In this document: positions 41,240 to 56,202 of the stretch, piece after piece
How positions within the stretch are numbered: position 1 is the stretch's first letter
Layout: the number at the start of each line of letters is the position of its first letter
Assembly: GCA_009914755.4 (NCBI GenBank)
Contig: CP068257.2
Location: 7,520,001 to 7,584,000 of the forward strand
Direction: 5' to 3'
Source of the DNA: the human T2T-CHM13v2.0 reference genome, Homo sapiens
Length of the DNA: 64,000 bases
Program-made: the position numbers and the translations under genes
Notes under the pieces: model-generated
Database searches by the model: none
Told to the model about the DNA's origin: nothing
Seen by the model: the letters and a program-made list of their open reading frames with translations, nothing else

Positions 41240-43139
41240 TTAATAAAAGTAATATGAATAATAATTATTATTTTATTCAATAAAAAAACTTTTTCCCTGA
41301 TTTTTTAACTTGATTCAGGTTAACTATCACCATTTTAATGATAAAAGTATTTTGTGCTTACTTTAATTTTATCATTATACATAATAATTATAAGATACTC
41401 ATCATTTTATCATTGAAATTTTTGTCAAGTCTGCTCATTTCTGTTTGAGTGAATGGAAGAATTTTCCAAAATTTCAAAAAGGACTCTTCTCCATTTTGTG
41501 CTTTTATTCGCATCCACTCTTTGCTATCTGATATAAATGTTTATGCTAGTTGACTGGCAGAAACAGAGAAATAAAAAGACACAGGCATAACATATATCTT
41601 CTGTCATTGCCACATGGATTTTACATGAAATAGCCAGATTAAGAGGATGTAACCTTGTAGGCCTTCAAGAACAGTAAAGAAGTTTTCCCTTTTCTGCACT
41701 GAGCTATTCTTTTCCCCACTGCCTTTTATCTCTTTTTTTTTTTTTTGAATCCTGGGATATCAAAAAAGTGAAAGTTCTCCCTGAACTATGGGAACCAATG
41801 TTTGTTTGCCACAACACAAGAAGCAGAATGAAACTGCTGAGTTCCTAGTGCAGAATTCTGGAAAACGAGATGCTTCCCAGATTTCACATTCAGTTACCAC
41901 AAATGTTTATAGGTGGAACACATATGGTACAGTTATCTACTTAAGCCATATTATCTACTGAAAATGGGAGTCAAACCAACCAAGACATACGAAATGTTTC
42001 ATCCAGAGCTCTTGAGGCGGCATTCCCTAGCATTTCATGGCACCAAATAACATTATACAATTCCATGTTGCTGAATTACATAAATTACCAGATAAATTTA
42101 TCAAATTAGTCAGATATATTAAAAGTCTAACGAGCAAAGCAATTTAACACCTCAGAGGGTGGAAAAAGGCCTCATCTGCTTTTACTTTGAAAGAAGAAAA
42201 TCTCTAGATTTTTGTCTATCTTTAGAACACAGTGTACAGAACTCAACTTTCTACTAAAGAGTCAAAGGTTAAATTTTTAGCTAAGAAATTATTCTTCTTA
42301 CATGATAAAAATCATACATGCCAAAACTTACCATACTTTATTAAACAACATAATGTAAGGTCTGATTCAACAGAAATATTGGAGTGGTGATTTTTTTAAA
42401 TATGTGGAAGTATATATTTGTTTTCAAAATATTGGAAATAACCATGATGGAACTATAAATTCAAACAGTTTGAGCTAAGCAGATAAACTTGCATGCATGA
42501 AAACACATTAAACAGACTCATTTGTCTGGGAATATTCATTGCAACTCTCAAGGCGAGACGTGTTTTTGTGGCTCATCTCAGTCATTGCTTCCCTCCCATT
42601 GTATTCCCATTCTATCATTAAATAAATGTAATTCATCTCTAAATGACTATAGTAAAAAGAATCTAGAATCTAAAGCTTATTTCTTTAGCAATTTCTTTAT
42701 GTTGATCTGGTTCAGAAGGTCACATGGTATATGGCTGAATTAGTTTCCCAGCTCATATGCCACTTGGAAGACTGAGAGTGAGACTTAGGTTGATTAATGA
42801 ACAAACATTATGAGAACATTCTCCGAACCATTGTTTAGATAGCAGGACTAGTCTACTTTGACACATAATTACACATTTAGAAAACCCCGCTGTAACTGTA
42901 CACATGGGATTTTCTTGAATAGAAAATTTGACTAAATCAAATAATTGATAAAGAGAAAAAAGAAGCAGCAAGTGAACCTCTGTCTTTTTGAAGTTGGACT
43001 TTCTCTTTCTCCAAAGCCAGGAACTCTACTTGTAACATGCCTACCTCATTCTTTTTACTATTATTATACTTTAAGTTCTGGTACATGTGCACAATGTGCA
43101 GGTTTGTTACGTATGTACACATGTGCTATGTTAGTGACC

Positions 43140-43622
43140 TTGAAATATCTTGCTGTAAGTTTCTAGCTATATTTTTTGATGTTCTCTCACTATGTGGCAA
43201 AGAATAACCCAGATTTTATAATTCAAGATTCATGGTTTTGTAGTTATTAACACTGGGATTGTCATTCAGTGGCTTCTGGAATAAGCATTGTGTTGGTTTT
43301 CTGTTTTTATAAGTATCTGTAGCAGCAGAAATACTGTGGCTTTCTATCTGAATCATATGCTTCATTTCTTTGGGGTGGGTAAACCACAAATCAAAAAGAC
43401 TTTCTGGATCTCTAGACTGAGACCAATGCCTAATGTCTAATTTCCAATTAGTGGTATTTGGGTTTATACATTTTTCCATTTGCATGTCAAACTCTTAATC
43501 ATCTTTCATTTCAATCATAATTACTGGGTTCTTTACTTTTTCAGTTTCTATATCATAACAAAAATTTTCATCATCTGTGTTAGAAACAAGCTGTGTGTCT
43601 GGTTTGTTATCATTTTTATAGT
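43140..43622 (-). pseudogene. Large N-terminal-type exon of the ANKRD26-family pseudogene with a frameshift; acceptor aaataaatcag|ACTATAAAAATG; 3' boundary uncertain (candidate donor CAAG|gtcact near 43139)
   Basis: Frame 1 reads YKNDNKPDTQLVSNTDDENFCYDIETEKVKNPVIMIEMKDD then stop. The next frame reads MQMEKCINPNTTNWKLDIRHWSQSRDPESLFDLWFTHPKEMKHMIQIESHSISAATDTYKNRKPTQCLFQKPLNDNPSVNNYKTMNLEL then stop. Confidence 0.5.
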
Positions 43623-43689
43623 CTGATTTATTTTAATTTAAATGAAGCTTAGAAGATGACTGGTAAGTGTATTTCAGGGACCTGGAGTG

Positions 43690-43828
43690 TGAATGGAATA
43701 AAAAGACATTTGACATGGGCTTCCTCTGTTCAGGCGCTGCCTGGACTGCCACAGAGCTAGACCCTCCAGATACATTTTTCTCCTCACAATCAGGGACATG
43801 ATTCATCACACTAGAGGGCACTCCTTTT
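43690..43828 (-). pseudogene. Candidate upstream exon of the same pseudogene (donor CACTCCAG|gtccct)
   Basis: The minus ORF at 43633-43836 reads KGVPSSVMNHVPDCEEKNVSGGSSSVAVQAAPEQRKPMSNVFLFHSHSR. The 5' boundary is not resolved. Confidence 0.3.
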
Positions 43829-45280
43829 TTGTTCATCCCTCTTTAGAGTTACCATGTAGGAGCTCTTCCTCAGGGCAAGCAGTAATTTTGGAGTTTTCAG
43901 AACTTTTACCAATATTCAGCTTGAACTTGTTTGTAATGAATTTTAAAGAAAGTCATGAATATATAGATAGATTCCCTTTATCACAGTTCTTACCCAGTTC
44001 TGGTTCTTGAGACTTTTTTGGGGGGGGGTCAGGTGCAAAATGGAAAACAAATTTGCTTGTTTTGTTTCTCAGATGTCTTTTCTGTCAGAGTGCATGTTTT
44101 AAAATTAGCTTTAATCAAGTATAAACAAAGAAATATTAGAAAATAATTAAAATTTAACTGTGAAACTTAATCTATGTGTTGCTACTCTTAAATTATGGGA
44201 TTGTATCTAAAAAGTGAAAAATAATTTGCCTTGGCTTAACATAGGACAGAAACATGAACCAGCAAGCTGAACTCTCAGTGTCTGTTTGGACTAAACTTAA
44301 TGCATTTGTGTAAAATCTACCAGAAATGAATTCAAAGATGATAGGTAGTATTATAAAAGCTTCCTCTCTTACAAAGACTTTACCTCAGCATACCAGAAAG
44401 AGTGAGCCCCTACAGTGCATGTTTATTTCTGAAGATGAACTAGAGCACTAGGCAAACACTAAATTATTAAGAGCTAAACTGAACACCAATAAGAAAGAGA
44501 AGCAAAATTTTAAATTCTAATTCAAATGATATACTATGATAGTGTTATGTATCTAGATAGAATTTCTGCTTATATCCACTTCTAATATATTTTAAGTTCC
44601 GGTAGTGATAGGGTTTGGATTTTTTAAATTTTAGTAATGTTTACTATGTATTTATGTTGAAATAAAGTTATTGTTCACACCCTGACACCAAAGGTCCCAT
44701 TCTGCAAGGTAGGATTCTATTAATAGGCAACTGCATTGACTTTTATGACCCCATTCACTCCCTGAACACAGACACAGAAGTCAGCTGGTGACCACAAAAC
44801 AGAATAAATCTTTAACCTCGGCACTGGTGACCAGCAATATAAAACTGCAACATTTGAAACACTGGCAATGATGACTCCTTTAACACTAGTTTAACTCAGT
44901 GGCCATTGTTGTTAAACTGTTCATAATTTCTATTCCTCAGTAATATGACCCAATACTTCATGTTACCTTGTGTATTATGAGTAAGGTTACATAAATAAAA
45001 CAGCAAGATAATTCTGAAAATTTCTTGCCTCAATTCCAAGGGTAAAGACAACTATGAGTTACTAGAGATACTAAGAATTACTAGAATAACTAATAGTTAC
45101 TAGAGATAGTAAGAATATCTTAAGTTTCATAACTGGTTAAGATGTTTTAAAAATTAAATATAAAATTATGATCTATTGGATTCTAAAGGTATAGTCTGAA
45201 AGGTCATGTCATTTGGACTATGCTTTGTTAGTAAAGCAAAAAAAACCTAATATTAAACAAGAACTTAAATTTTCATATAC

Positions 45281-45351
45281 CTGTGATTGCTTCTTTTCAC
45301 TTCTTTCACACCTTTCTTGCTCTTCCTCTAAAGCCACTGGTAAGGTTTGTT
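45281..45351 (-). pseudogene. Small exon (71 bp, open); acceptor tttgtcaacag|AACAAACC, donor TCACAG|gtatatg
   Basis: Translation: QTLPVALEEEQERCERSEKKQSQ. Both splice sites are canonical. Confidence 0.55.
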
Positions 45352-45868
45352 CTGTTGACAAATTCATTGATTTAGTTCAAATGAACTAAGAAGAGTTAGA
45401 TAAAGACTATAATCTTTATAAAAATAAATAGAGAATAACATTTCTTTGTATTTTATATTTTGAGAGTTTGAATGAAACAATGTTTACTGAAATATTTACT
45501 TCTGTAAGAAATACTTCTAATTATCCAAAACTTCAACAAACCACTTGGGGAGACACCAGATATCACCAGATTCAAGCCATGCAAAATCTCAGGGACACTC
45601 ACAAATTGTTCCACCCAACGTAAGTCAACAAAACTGTTGGAAACAAAACAGAAATTTGAAATACAGTCAAAATATACAATGTAATGCTTTACTATACTTC
45701 ATAACAGTATCTTTTTAACAAGACACTAATTGAGTTAGCAGTTACTAATAACTTGCAAAATTATTGTTGTTTATACCTCAATTAGTGTGCACCCCATTTT
45801 TTATATCACAAATGTTTTCCCCTGCTATTCTGAAAAATTTATTTTCATCTTTTAAGACTCAGAAAGTA

Positions 45869-46163
45869 GGCTGGGCATAATAGCTCACATCTGTAATCCC
45901 AGCACTTTGGAAGGCCAAAATGGGAGAATTGCTCAAGGCCAAAAGTTTAAGACCAGCCTGGGAACCATAGGTAACCTTGACTCTACAAAAAATTAGACAG
46001 GTATGGTGATATGTTCCTGTTGTCCCCGCTACTCAAGAAGCTTAGATGAGAAGATCCCTCGAGCCCAGAAGTCTGAGGTTTCAGTGAGTCTCAATCATGC
46101 CATTGCACTCCAATCCTGGGTGATAGAGTAAGAACTTGTCTCCAAAAAGAGGAAGAAAAAAAG
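45869..46163 (+). mobile_element. Alu (old subfamily)
   Basis: ggctgggcataatagctcacatctgtaatcccagcactttggaaggccaaaatgggagaattgctcaaggccaaaagtttaagaccagcctgg ... gtaagaacttgtctccaaaaagaggaagaaaaaaa. Confidence 0.85.
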
Positions 46164-46711
46164 GCTCAGAATGCTATGTGAAATCTTCCTTGATTCTAGC
46201 TATCTTTCTCCACACACACAGGTGTCTGCTTCGTTGGGGTCCCTTAGTACCTTGTCAATTTTTCTAGTGTCACTTTACCACCTGACCTGCACATCATGTC
46301 TTTACATGTTGACCCCCTTTGCTGCTAGACTGTAGAGGACAATCTTTTGAATCATCTTTGTATAAACAGTCTTAATTTTGCTAAATAATTACTTATTGAG
46401 TTCCTGCTAAGTGTTAGGCACTGGGGAATAAGGAAGGAAAATAGAAGCTGTCAGGGATGGCTTTCCTAAAGATCACCCATGAGCTGAGACTTAGAGAGTG
46501 AGGTTAGCCAGATTAAGCGAGGCAGAGGGCAGGAAAGGGTGAGCACATGCCAGGCGGCAACAAGAGAGGAAGAGAAGCCTCCAAGAGAGTATGTATTTCT
46601 CTGCAGAAGAGGAATGGTGAGGGGCCATTACCAGCAGCTCAGTAATTCCAGAGAAAAAGACAGATGGGGAAAGGGATACAGATGGAGATTTGGGCAGAAA
46701 TCAGTTTCCTT

Positions 46712-47003
46712 TCCTTTTCTTTTTTGGGACAAGGTTATACTCTGTCTCCCAGACTGGAGGGCAGTGGCATGATCTCAGCTCACTGCAACCCGGCCTCCCA
46801 GGTTCAAGTAATTCTCCTGCATCAGCCTCCTGAGTAGCTGAGATTACAGGCGCGTGCCACTACCACCTGCTAATTTTTGTATTTTATTAGAGATGGGGTT
46901 TCACCTTGTTGGCCAGGCTGGTCTTGAACTCCTGACCTCAAATGATCCACTTGCTTCAGCCTCCCAAAGTGCTGGGATCACAGACATGAGCCACCTTGCC
47001 CAA
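46712..47003 (-). mobile_element. Alu, antisense
   Basis: tttgggacaaggttatactctgtctcccagactggagggcagtggcatgatctcagctcactgcaacc ... gggatcacagacatgagccaccttgcccaaccc. Confidence 0.9.
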
Positions 47004-47465
47004 CCCAGAAGTCAGTTTCTGAAATCCTTATATAAACCTTTAAGATGCTTGGACATTAGGTATTCAGGAGTGGTTCACGGATCTATTTGCATTAAGGATA
47101 ATTCACTCTAAATACTGTGAGGAGCATAAAATTCTGAGGCATATAAATCAATGAACAAAGATAAAATATAAGGCAATGTTGCAAAGGTGATGCAGGCCTG
47201 AGGAGATGTTTTCAGAAATATTTAGGATATAGGTATCAGTGGCCATTATAAGAATGAATTTCTATTGAATAAATAAATGTATATATCTGGGTCCCTGAAG
47301 AAATACACTCTGCTCATTACTTTACAAATTTTATCAAATGAGAAGTAAAATAATATACATAAACTCTTTCAGTTACTTGTATTTACTTTACCCTTTTTCT
47401 TTTCAGTTTTACTGTGCCAAGGAAATGCATTTGGGTTTTGTGGTGGTTGTTGTGGTTGTGGTTGT

Positions 47466-47756
<291 letters not shown>

Positions 47757-49523
47757 ATATATGGGGATTTTGTTTTAAAAGTTATGTTTCCTGGATCTAC
47801 CAAGCTCATGAGAAAATAGAGCAAACAAGTCATTTGCATAGGTAAGAAACTTTGGATTTATAGCTTGTCCTCACTACTTTAGAAGATTATCATCATGTTT
47901 TGCAAAGCAAAATGTTAAACACAGACACAAGGGGAAAAAGAAATTAAAACTATAGGGGTGGGTGAAAAAATATTGCATAATTTATTACTGTTGACCTCAT
48001 CATATGACTGATTAAGGGCACTGAATTTAACTTGGATGTGAAGTAGACCTCATATTAGCTGCAGTTAATCAGTAGACCAGGCGTCCTAGCAGAATTAAAT
48101 TTGATGCTCCTGTGTTATCTTTAAAAGGCACAGCTTTTCTGAAAACCCTTACTCATAGTGCATGATTATCCATTAAGAAAAGGTGATGGAATATGTGAAT
48201 ACAGCTGAGGAGACACCACAAGGCAAATGCTAAGTGGTTCCCATTAATATTGCAAAAATCAACACTATAAAACAGAAAGCCATAGACATTATTTAATATT
48301 TGGTTTTGGGAGGTATTTTTAGTGGCACTGCATACAGTTGTACCTAATAATTGCTAAATTAGAGACGTAAAAGTAAAACAAAGGCACATTGTGTTTGAGT
48401 AGGAAATCTATAGACATCTAGCTGGTTTTCCCATCCAGCCACAAAATTCTAAATATAATCATGGTACCTGCACTCAAATTTATGTTAAATACCAACCTCA
48501 ATGAAATCACTCTTTCTTCCCATTCTCTTTGTTATTTATATGTTGCTTTCCTTAAGGGAAGAATACAAATGCCTTGCTAAGAACCATTCTGTTTGGTTGT
48601 AGGCTGCATAAGGGGAGTAAACACAAAGTACATTTGACCACAAAATGACTTTTTAAAAGTCAGAACTATGGTAGCATGAAGCCAAACGAGGTAATCTAGA
48701 ATAAAATTTTCTATGCTTCTTTCCCTTCTTTGCTCTCTTTCTACTCTAATAACTGCGATTCACACAGGTAAAGAAGAGTGTAATTCCTTGATAGAAACAC
48801 AGCTCCAAGATTAATCCTTTCTTTAACTATGAAGTTCGCGTGTCCAAAATCTGTGGTAGTTGCTGTCTGATTTTTATCACTGATGGTGATACAGATATTT
48901 ATCATCAACTCACAACTTCCCAAATCTTTGAAAAGTCTTACTATTGATGGTTCAACTAGTAGAAACATGATGTAAAATATCTGAAAATAAAGTTTTTATT
49001 TATTAGAATGTAAATAATAATACAAATTGTAATAAGGTGTAAAAGTTCTTTCTTCACTGAAGCAGTACCATGTTGTCCTCTACCCCACAAATGCACTACT
49101 CCCCCGTGGTCTAATGTATTTTAAAAGTCTTGTAATTGCTATTAACTCAGAAAAGTTTACTTAACTTGTTCTAAGCTTCTGGTATTTACTACAGTTTACT
49201 TTCAATCACTCAACCATCTCTGTTATATATGTTGTTTTCCATGAGAAATTTGTTTATTAGTAATTAAGATTCTTCAGGTATAAGAAAATATTTCAATAAC
49301 TAAGTTTGTGCATAAACACATTAAGGTCAAATACCCATGACATTATTGTGTGTTTCTGTGTACTAGAGACAAAAACTTCAAAAAAAATTTTAATGAATAT
49401 ACGTTAAATTAAAAAATGCTTTCATTAAACTGAGATAATCTTCCCTCAATGCATGAATACCTTCAGAATTCACATAGACCAAAGAATTGTATAAAGTATA
49501 ATAGCCTTAAAAATCTTATTTGT

Positions 49524-49826
49524 AGCTGGCACAATGACTCCCACCTGTAATCCCAGCACATTGGCAAGCCGAGGTGGGCAGATCACCTGAGGTCAGGAGT
49601 TCAAGAGCAGCCTGGCCAACCTGGTGAAACCCCATCTCTACTAAAAATAGAAAAATTAGCAGGGTATGGTAGCACGTGCAAGTAGTATCAGCTACTCGAG
49701 GGGCTGAGGCAGGAGAATTGCTTGAACCCGAGAGGCAGAGGTGGTAATGAGCCAAGACTGAGCCACTGCACTCCAGCCTTGGTGACAGAGCAAGACTCTG
49801 TCTCAAAAACACAAATAAACAAACAA
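49524..49826 (+). mobile_element. Alu, sense
   Basis: agctggcacaatgactcccacctgtaatcccagcacattggcaagccgaggtgggcagatcacctgaggtcaggagttcaagagcagcctggccaacc ... ctgtctcaaaaacacaaataaacaaacaa. Confidence 0.9.
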
Positions 49827-51304
49827 CCTAATTTTTCCCATATAAGTCTATGTTCATACAAGATCTGAAGAGTACACAACACCGTGAGACAGGACAGACA
49901 TATATTTTAAAAGTTATATTCCTGGTTTCTGTAAAAATAAAATAGTTGAATTTAAGCTTTCAAGACAAGTCAACGAAAAGAGAATGCAAAAGTGAAACTC
50001 GAAGGGTCATTTCCCCATCAAGGGCTCATGATCACTGGACATTCACAAACTATACTGTTCAAAACATTAGATCTGAATTTTGATCCGAGTATCCCTTTAG
50101 TAGCAGTTTCATTCAAGGATGTCCAAGAGGTAAAATAAGACAATATCATTTGCTATTTTCAGTTTTCTTTTCTGAGAACAGCCCAGCATTCTTCTTCAGA
50201 GAAATGAATTGTGCTAACTTCATAGGCTAAAGGCTCATGAGTCATAGTTCTAAGGGTATTAATAAAATATGGTGGTGTATGCTTGTATTCTGAACTTTTC
50301 AGGTTTAAACTCTCATATAGTAAACGCTAATAGATACAAACCAATTAAAGAAAAGCCCTCTTAATCTGACATTATTTTTCTTTTTATTTCTTCATTTATC
50401 AGCAACAGGAGAGTCTAACTAAATGTGGTAAAGTGGTATGAGGGAATACAATGAACAGTGTAAAATGAATTAAACCAGGGATAATCACACCAATGTGGGT
50501 ACAAGTGGAAAATATAATACAAAACACACCAAAGAAAGTGGCAGAAAGGTATATAAAGTGTATAACCACTCACATACCATTTTAGGACACAAAAAATTCT
50601 GCATATTATTTCTGAGCATCACAATGTAATTAAAGATTTCAAAAGGGCATTGAAATGAAAAACAACCAACTTATGATGTTGGTAGCCTCTATGCAATCAT
50701 GTTTTAAAAACTTTAACACCAAAAAGGCTCAAAATCACCATTTTAAAAGACTGTGTCTACCAGTCATAAATGAATCATTACTTTCGTCATTTGTAATAGT
50801 CAAAGATGCCACAAGCGCACGCATACACACATCTATATATACACCTACACACACAGTCTTGCTCATTAGAACATCTGATAGGCTTCAGATCATCAGTGTA
50901 ATAACACTAGCAGCAAGCCTCTGAAGTTAAAACAGAAACTGACACTTTAATAAGTAAAGCTTTCCTCTAGGTAAAGATCAGAACTCCAACTAGCACTTAA
51001 CTCACTGGAAATATCTTAAGAGTCTCAAAATTCACTGCTTTGAATCCCTGACAAGTATAAAAATTTTATACTGAAAACTTCATGCTATTCAAAACATTTA
51101 AACAGAAACATCTGACTTAAAGCTTACATTTTTAAAATCTTTTTTATGCTTCTAAATTTGTTTTTATTCAAATATGGATACCAACAATAACATTTATGTC
51201 AATGCCTTCTGTTCAATATTGAACAAATAGAATTAGGAATAAGAATAATATGAGTACATCCAATCATTGAATGTACTTTATTTCCAGTATTCCATTAAAT
51301 GTAC

Positions 51305-51377
51305 CTGCTCTCAATGTCTGTACATTCTTTCTTTGTACTGCTCCTTTCACAGCAGGATCTTCCACTTCAGTGCTAGG
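51305..51377 (-). pseudogene. Candidate small exon (73 bp); acceptor cccattcag|CCTAGCACT, donor GAGCAG|gtacat
   Basis: Translation: PSTEVEDPAVKGAVQRKNVQTLRA. Open frame with consensus splice sites. Assignment to the ANKRD26-family locus is inferred from strand and position only. Confidence 0.3.
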
Positions 51378-51468
51378 CTGAATGGGTTTTAAAAGATAAC
51401 GATTCATAAATCATATATATTTTATACAACATGGAGTTAGTGATTCAAAAATATACATAATTAATTAC

Positions 51469-51497
51469 CTTCAAGGAAGGATGTTTTGCAGGAGGCC
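51469..51497 (-). pseudogene. Candidate micro-exon (29 bp); acceptor ctttgtag|GGCCTCC, donor CTTGAAG|gtaatt
   Basis: Splice-site consensus only; too short to verify by coding content. Confidence 0.2.
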
Positions 51498-53904
51498 CTA
51501 CAAAGCAAAGGGGATATGTCATCAATTATATGTAAGTATGACAAGGCCAACCAAACATTCATGCAGTGTTACTGTCGAGCTGAATTCTCAGGTCTGGCTA
51601 TAAAAATAATTACTTAAGGTTTTGAGGGTTCTTCTTGGCTTCTTCTTTTCATTGCCTAGGACAGCAACATGACAGAAACACAATGAGGAAAATAGGAATA
51701 TAGGATTCCCAAAATGCACAGTTTATATTTCAGTAGTGAGATTATGTTTCAAATGCCTATACTTAAAATAGAAAAGCATTGATATAACCGTGAACATGTG
51801 GACTGATGAGGAGAAAAGGGACCATTAAACAGAGGGGCAAATCAAACCTGAGAGAATCAATGTCAAAGCTGATGGTGAATGTACAGAGTATTTTAACTCC
51901 ACACACCAGAGGCATTGCTGCCAGCACAGCACAAATAAATTCCCCTTGTCTTGTCACTGAGGAAATACGCAGTTGGGATGACAGTTCAGGTGAATGTGTG
52001 ATTCACCTCTCATCAAAGAAAGGGTTCTACATTGATCAGCTAGGATACACACTTATGAAATAACAGCTAATCAAACTACTCATTTTTCCCATGATCACAT
52101 GGGCTACTGCAGCACCTACATTTCTCCTATCCCCTCATTTGGCCTTGAATTAGAGCTCCTTGATCCACTCATGCAAGGTGGTCCATAAAACACATCAAAT
52201 AAACCATGTCGAATAAGCTTCTGATATGAAAATATTTATCAAAAAAGAAAACATTGAATGACCACAGACTTGCTGGATATTAATACATATTTATATTTCA
52301 AAATCAGTGCAGTATTTATTGAAAATGATAATTTTGGTTTTCATGGAATGAATTTTATGATTACTTCTAAAATTAACTGAGTTTGGTATATTATCTTACA
52401 CTGTAAAGGACTTTTATAAAACAGCTATCATATCGAAGAACTGGCTGTCTCAAAAAAATTTCACCAAAGCATCTATATGCAACTTAATCATATCTTATTC
52501 ACTCATGTCAGTGAAACTTCTCTCCCTGAGGCCTGACAGTTATCAAGTGAAATGAGCTGCTGTGGTTTACCCCAACTCTAGCACTCCCTCCTGTCTCCAG
52601 TACTCTCCACAGCAATAACCTCTTTTGTGAGACTGGGCATATGCTGAAGCAACTGGAAGTGAGTTGTCTCAAGTTAACTTGGCTTTAACTCCCAAGACCC
52701 CAGCAAATGTCTTTCTTTCCTCCTTTTGTGTCCTTTCACCATCCCTCTTCCTTTGAAAAAATGATTATCAGAACTGTCATCCTGATGCTTCCCTTCCTAA
52801 CTGCTTTTTATGGATGATTGTGACCACTTTTTTCATCTGTATTCAGCAGTAGTATACACCTGTAATCTCTCTTTTTTCATCTCATTTTCCTTCCCCTGTG
52901 GCTAGAATCATGCTCAGAAATAAAAGGAAATTAAAGCTTTCCCTGGATTCTGTTATCTTTTAAATTGCTCTCCAGTGGTTCTTTTTCCAGATTTCTCTAA
53001 AGGAAGGCTATTCCCTTGCTACTCAGAGCTGTGTCCAAGGACCAGCACAAACATCACCTGAGTGCTCATGAGAAATGCAGACTCCAATACCTGCTGAGTC
53101 AGAATGTGCACTTTCCAGAAGCTCCTCAACGTATTCATGACAATTTGAATGCCTTGTTCTACACTGGTGTGCTTCCATATTGGTTTACCCTAATTGGCCT
53201 TTTTGGCCTAGCCTCAACTTCTTTCCTATTATGTCCCTGAATTTAATACTACGTTATAAGCCATAATGTTTCTAATGAACTTTTAATCAGGCAAAGCTTC
53301 TCTAATTAATTTCTTCCCAATAAATCACCCAACACTATTCTTTTCAATTATGTTAATATGATACTATCCTATGAAGTTACAACATTTTCTATGAAAACAA
53401 ATTACAGTCATACATGGCTGACCATTTATGGTGATGTTCATCTATGGTAGATAAAACACAGGTCTGCATGGTAAAGTACCTCAATCCTTAATGCCTCCCC
53501 AGTAGCGAGAATGACAGCAAGAGAAGGAAAATGTTACTGTAATTATATGACACATTTTGGTACTGGAAGCTCACTTTATCTTCCTTCCTATTTCTAACAC
53601 CCTGTTCTTCCTTCTTCTACAGATCAATTTGACTTTACTACCCTCCATTACATACATCCACTTTTTTTTATTTATTCCATGTACACTCTGCCCTCCTCAT
53701 TCTTTCTTTCTCTTTTATTCATTTCCTCTTCCCTCTCTCCTGACTTGCCTCAGGTCTTAGAGTATGTTAAAATGGAACTCATAACTCACCTCCTTTAGTG
53801 GTACTTCCAATAGAATCAACTGCTGACCCTTGGTTAGAGACACCACTTATCACCATTTCATTTATCTTTTACTTATGATACAGTTAATAGGACATTTTCT
53901 TTAG

Positions 53905-54246
<342 letters not shown>

Positions 54247-54443
54247 CTCCATCAAATGACTTTTTAAATAAAATACGGTTCTCACCTTTTCCTTTTCCAT
54301 TGACTATTCTGTTTCCTTTTTCATGAGAAGGTCCACGTAAAGGCTCTGACACTTTCTCGGGGACACACTGCTAAGGTAATATCAAGAATTAGTTTCCATT
54401 TAAAATTATAATGAGTTGCATCAAGAGTTTCTTATCAATCTCT

Positions 54444-54737
54444 TTTTATGAAACTGGGTCTCACTCTGTCAACCCAGGGCTAGAATGCAGGGGCCTGATT
54501 ATGGCTCACTGTGGTCTCAAACTCCTGACCTCAAGCAATCTTCCCACCTCAACTTCCTGAATAGCTGGAACTACAGGTGCATACCATCATGTCATGCTAA
54601 TGTTTTTATTGTTATCTTTGTAGAGACAAGGCCTCATTATACCTCCCAGGCTGGTCTCAAGCTCCTGGGCTCAAGCAAATCTTCCACTTCTGCCTCCCAA
54701 AATGTTGAGATAAGCAGTGTGCACCACCACACCCAGC
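54444..54737 (-). mobile_element. Alu (old), antisense
   Basis: gaaactgggtctcactctgtcaacccagggctagaatgcaggggcctgattatggctcactgtggtctcaaactcctgacctcaagc ... gagataagcagtgtgcaccaccacacccagcc. Confidence 0.85.
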
Positions 54738-54754
54738 CCTAATCAATTTCTTTA

Positions 54755-55063
<309 letters not shown>

Positions 55064-55407
55064 TTCAATTTAAAAGAGAGATACAAACAAAAAACAAGCC
55101 TAATTAGTCAATGAAATATGAGCTTAAGCCAAGAAAGAAAACGAAAAACATGAAGTACAATAAAGTACATGGGGAAATAGATCTATAACAGAGCCTTCGG
55201 TCTTTCATAACTCTGATAATACTAATTAATATTTATGCTGCAATTAGTTTTTTGTAAGTACTTCTGTGATAGTGTTTCTTACTATAAGACATTCAATTAG
55301 CTAAATATGGTCATCTACCATTACCTGAAAGAACATTATTATAACAGAGAGAGAAAACTGGAACTTTCCATCAACTTTCCACCCAGAAAAAGAATTGGTC
55401 ACCAGAA

Positions 55408-56202
55408 TTCTAAAGAGTAATGTATGGCAGACACATGAAAAAATGCTCATCATCACTGGCCATCAGAGAAATGCAAATCGAAACCACTATGAGATATCAT
55501 TTCACACCAGTTAGAATGGCAATCATTAAAAAGTCAGGAAACAACAGGTGCTGGAGAGGATGTGGAGAAATAGGAATACTTTTACACTGTTGGTGGGACT
55601 GTAAACTAGTTCAACCATTGTGGAAGACAGTGTGGAGATTCCTCAAGGATCAAGAATTAGAAATACTGTTTGATCCAGCCATCCCATTACTGGATATATA
55701 TGCAAAGGATTATAAATCATGCTGCTATAAAGACACATGCACATGTATGTTTATTGCAGCACTATTCATAATAGCAAAGACTTGGAACCAACCCATATGC
55801 CCATCAATGATAGACTGGATTAAGAAAATGTGGCACTTACACACCATGGAATACTATGCAGCATAAAAAATGATGAGTTCATGTCCTTTGTAGGGACATG
55901 GATGAAGCTGGAAACCATCATTCTGAGCAAACTGTTCCAAGGACAGAAAACCAAACACCACATGTTCTCACTCATAGGTGGGAACTGAAAAATGAGAACA
56001 CTTGGACACAGGATGGGGAACATCACACACCATGGCCTGTCATGGGGTGGGGGGAGAGGGGAGGAATAGCATTAAGAGATATACCTAGTATAAATGACGA
56101 GTTAATGGGTGCAGCACACCAACATGGCACATGTATACATATTTAACAAACCTGCACGTTGTGCACATGTACCCTAGAACTTAAAGTATAATAATAATAA
56201 TA
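55408..56202 (+). mobile_element. L1 3' end (ORF2 C-terminus plus 3' UTR, L1PA-like), 5'-truncated, with a 17-bp target-site duplication
   Basis: The ORF at 55420-55866 encodes ..[144 protein letters not shown]. The 3' UTR ends ..ctgcacgttgtgcacatgtaccctagaacttaaagtataataataataataaag. The target-site duplication aaagagtaatgtatggc occurs at 55408-55424 and again at 56203-56219. Confidence 0.9.

Noticed and set aside
48741-48968. 75-aa minus-strand ORF (EPSIVRLFKDLGSCELMINICITISDKNQTATTTDFGHANFIVKER) as another pseudogene exon
   Set aside because: An acceptor-like tttctactag is present, but there is no convincing donor and I recognise no family similarity. It is left unannotated.
55420-55866. 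148-aa ORF as a cellular gene
   Set aside because: It is the C-terminus of L1 ORF2 (motifs IREMQIKTTMRYH and TMEYYAA). It is part of the L1 insertion, not a host gene.
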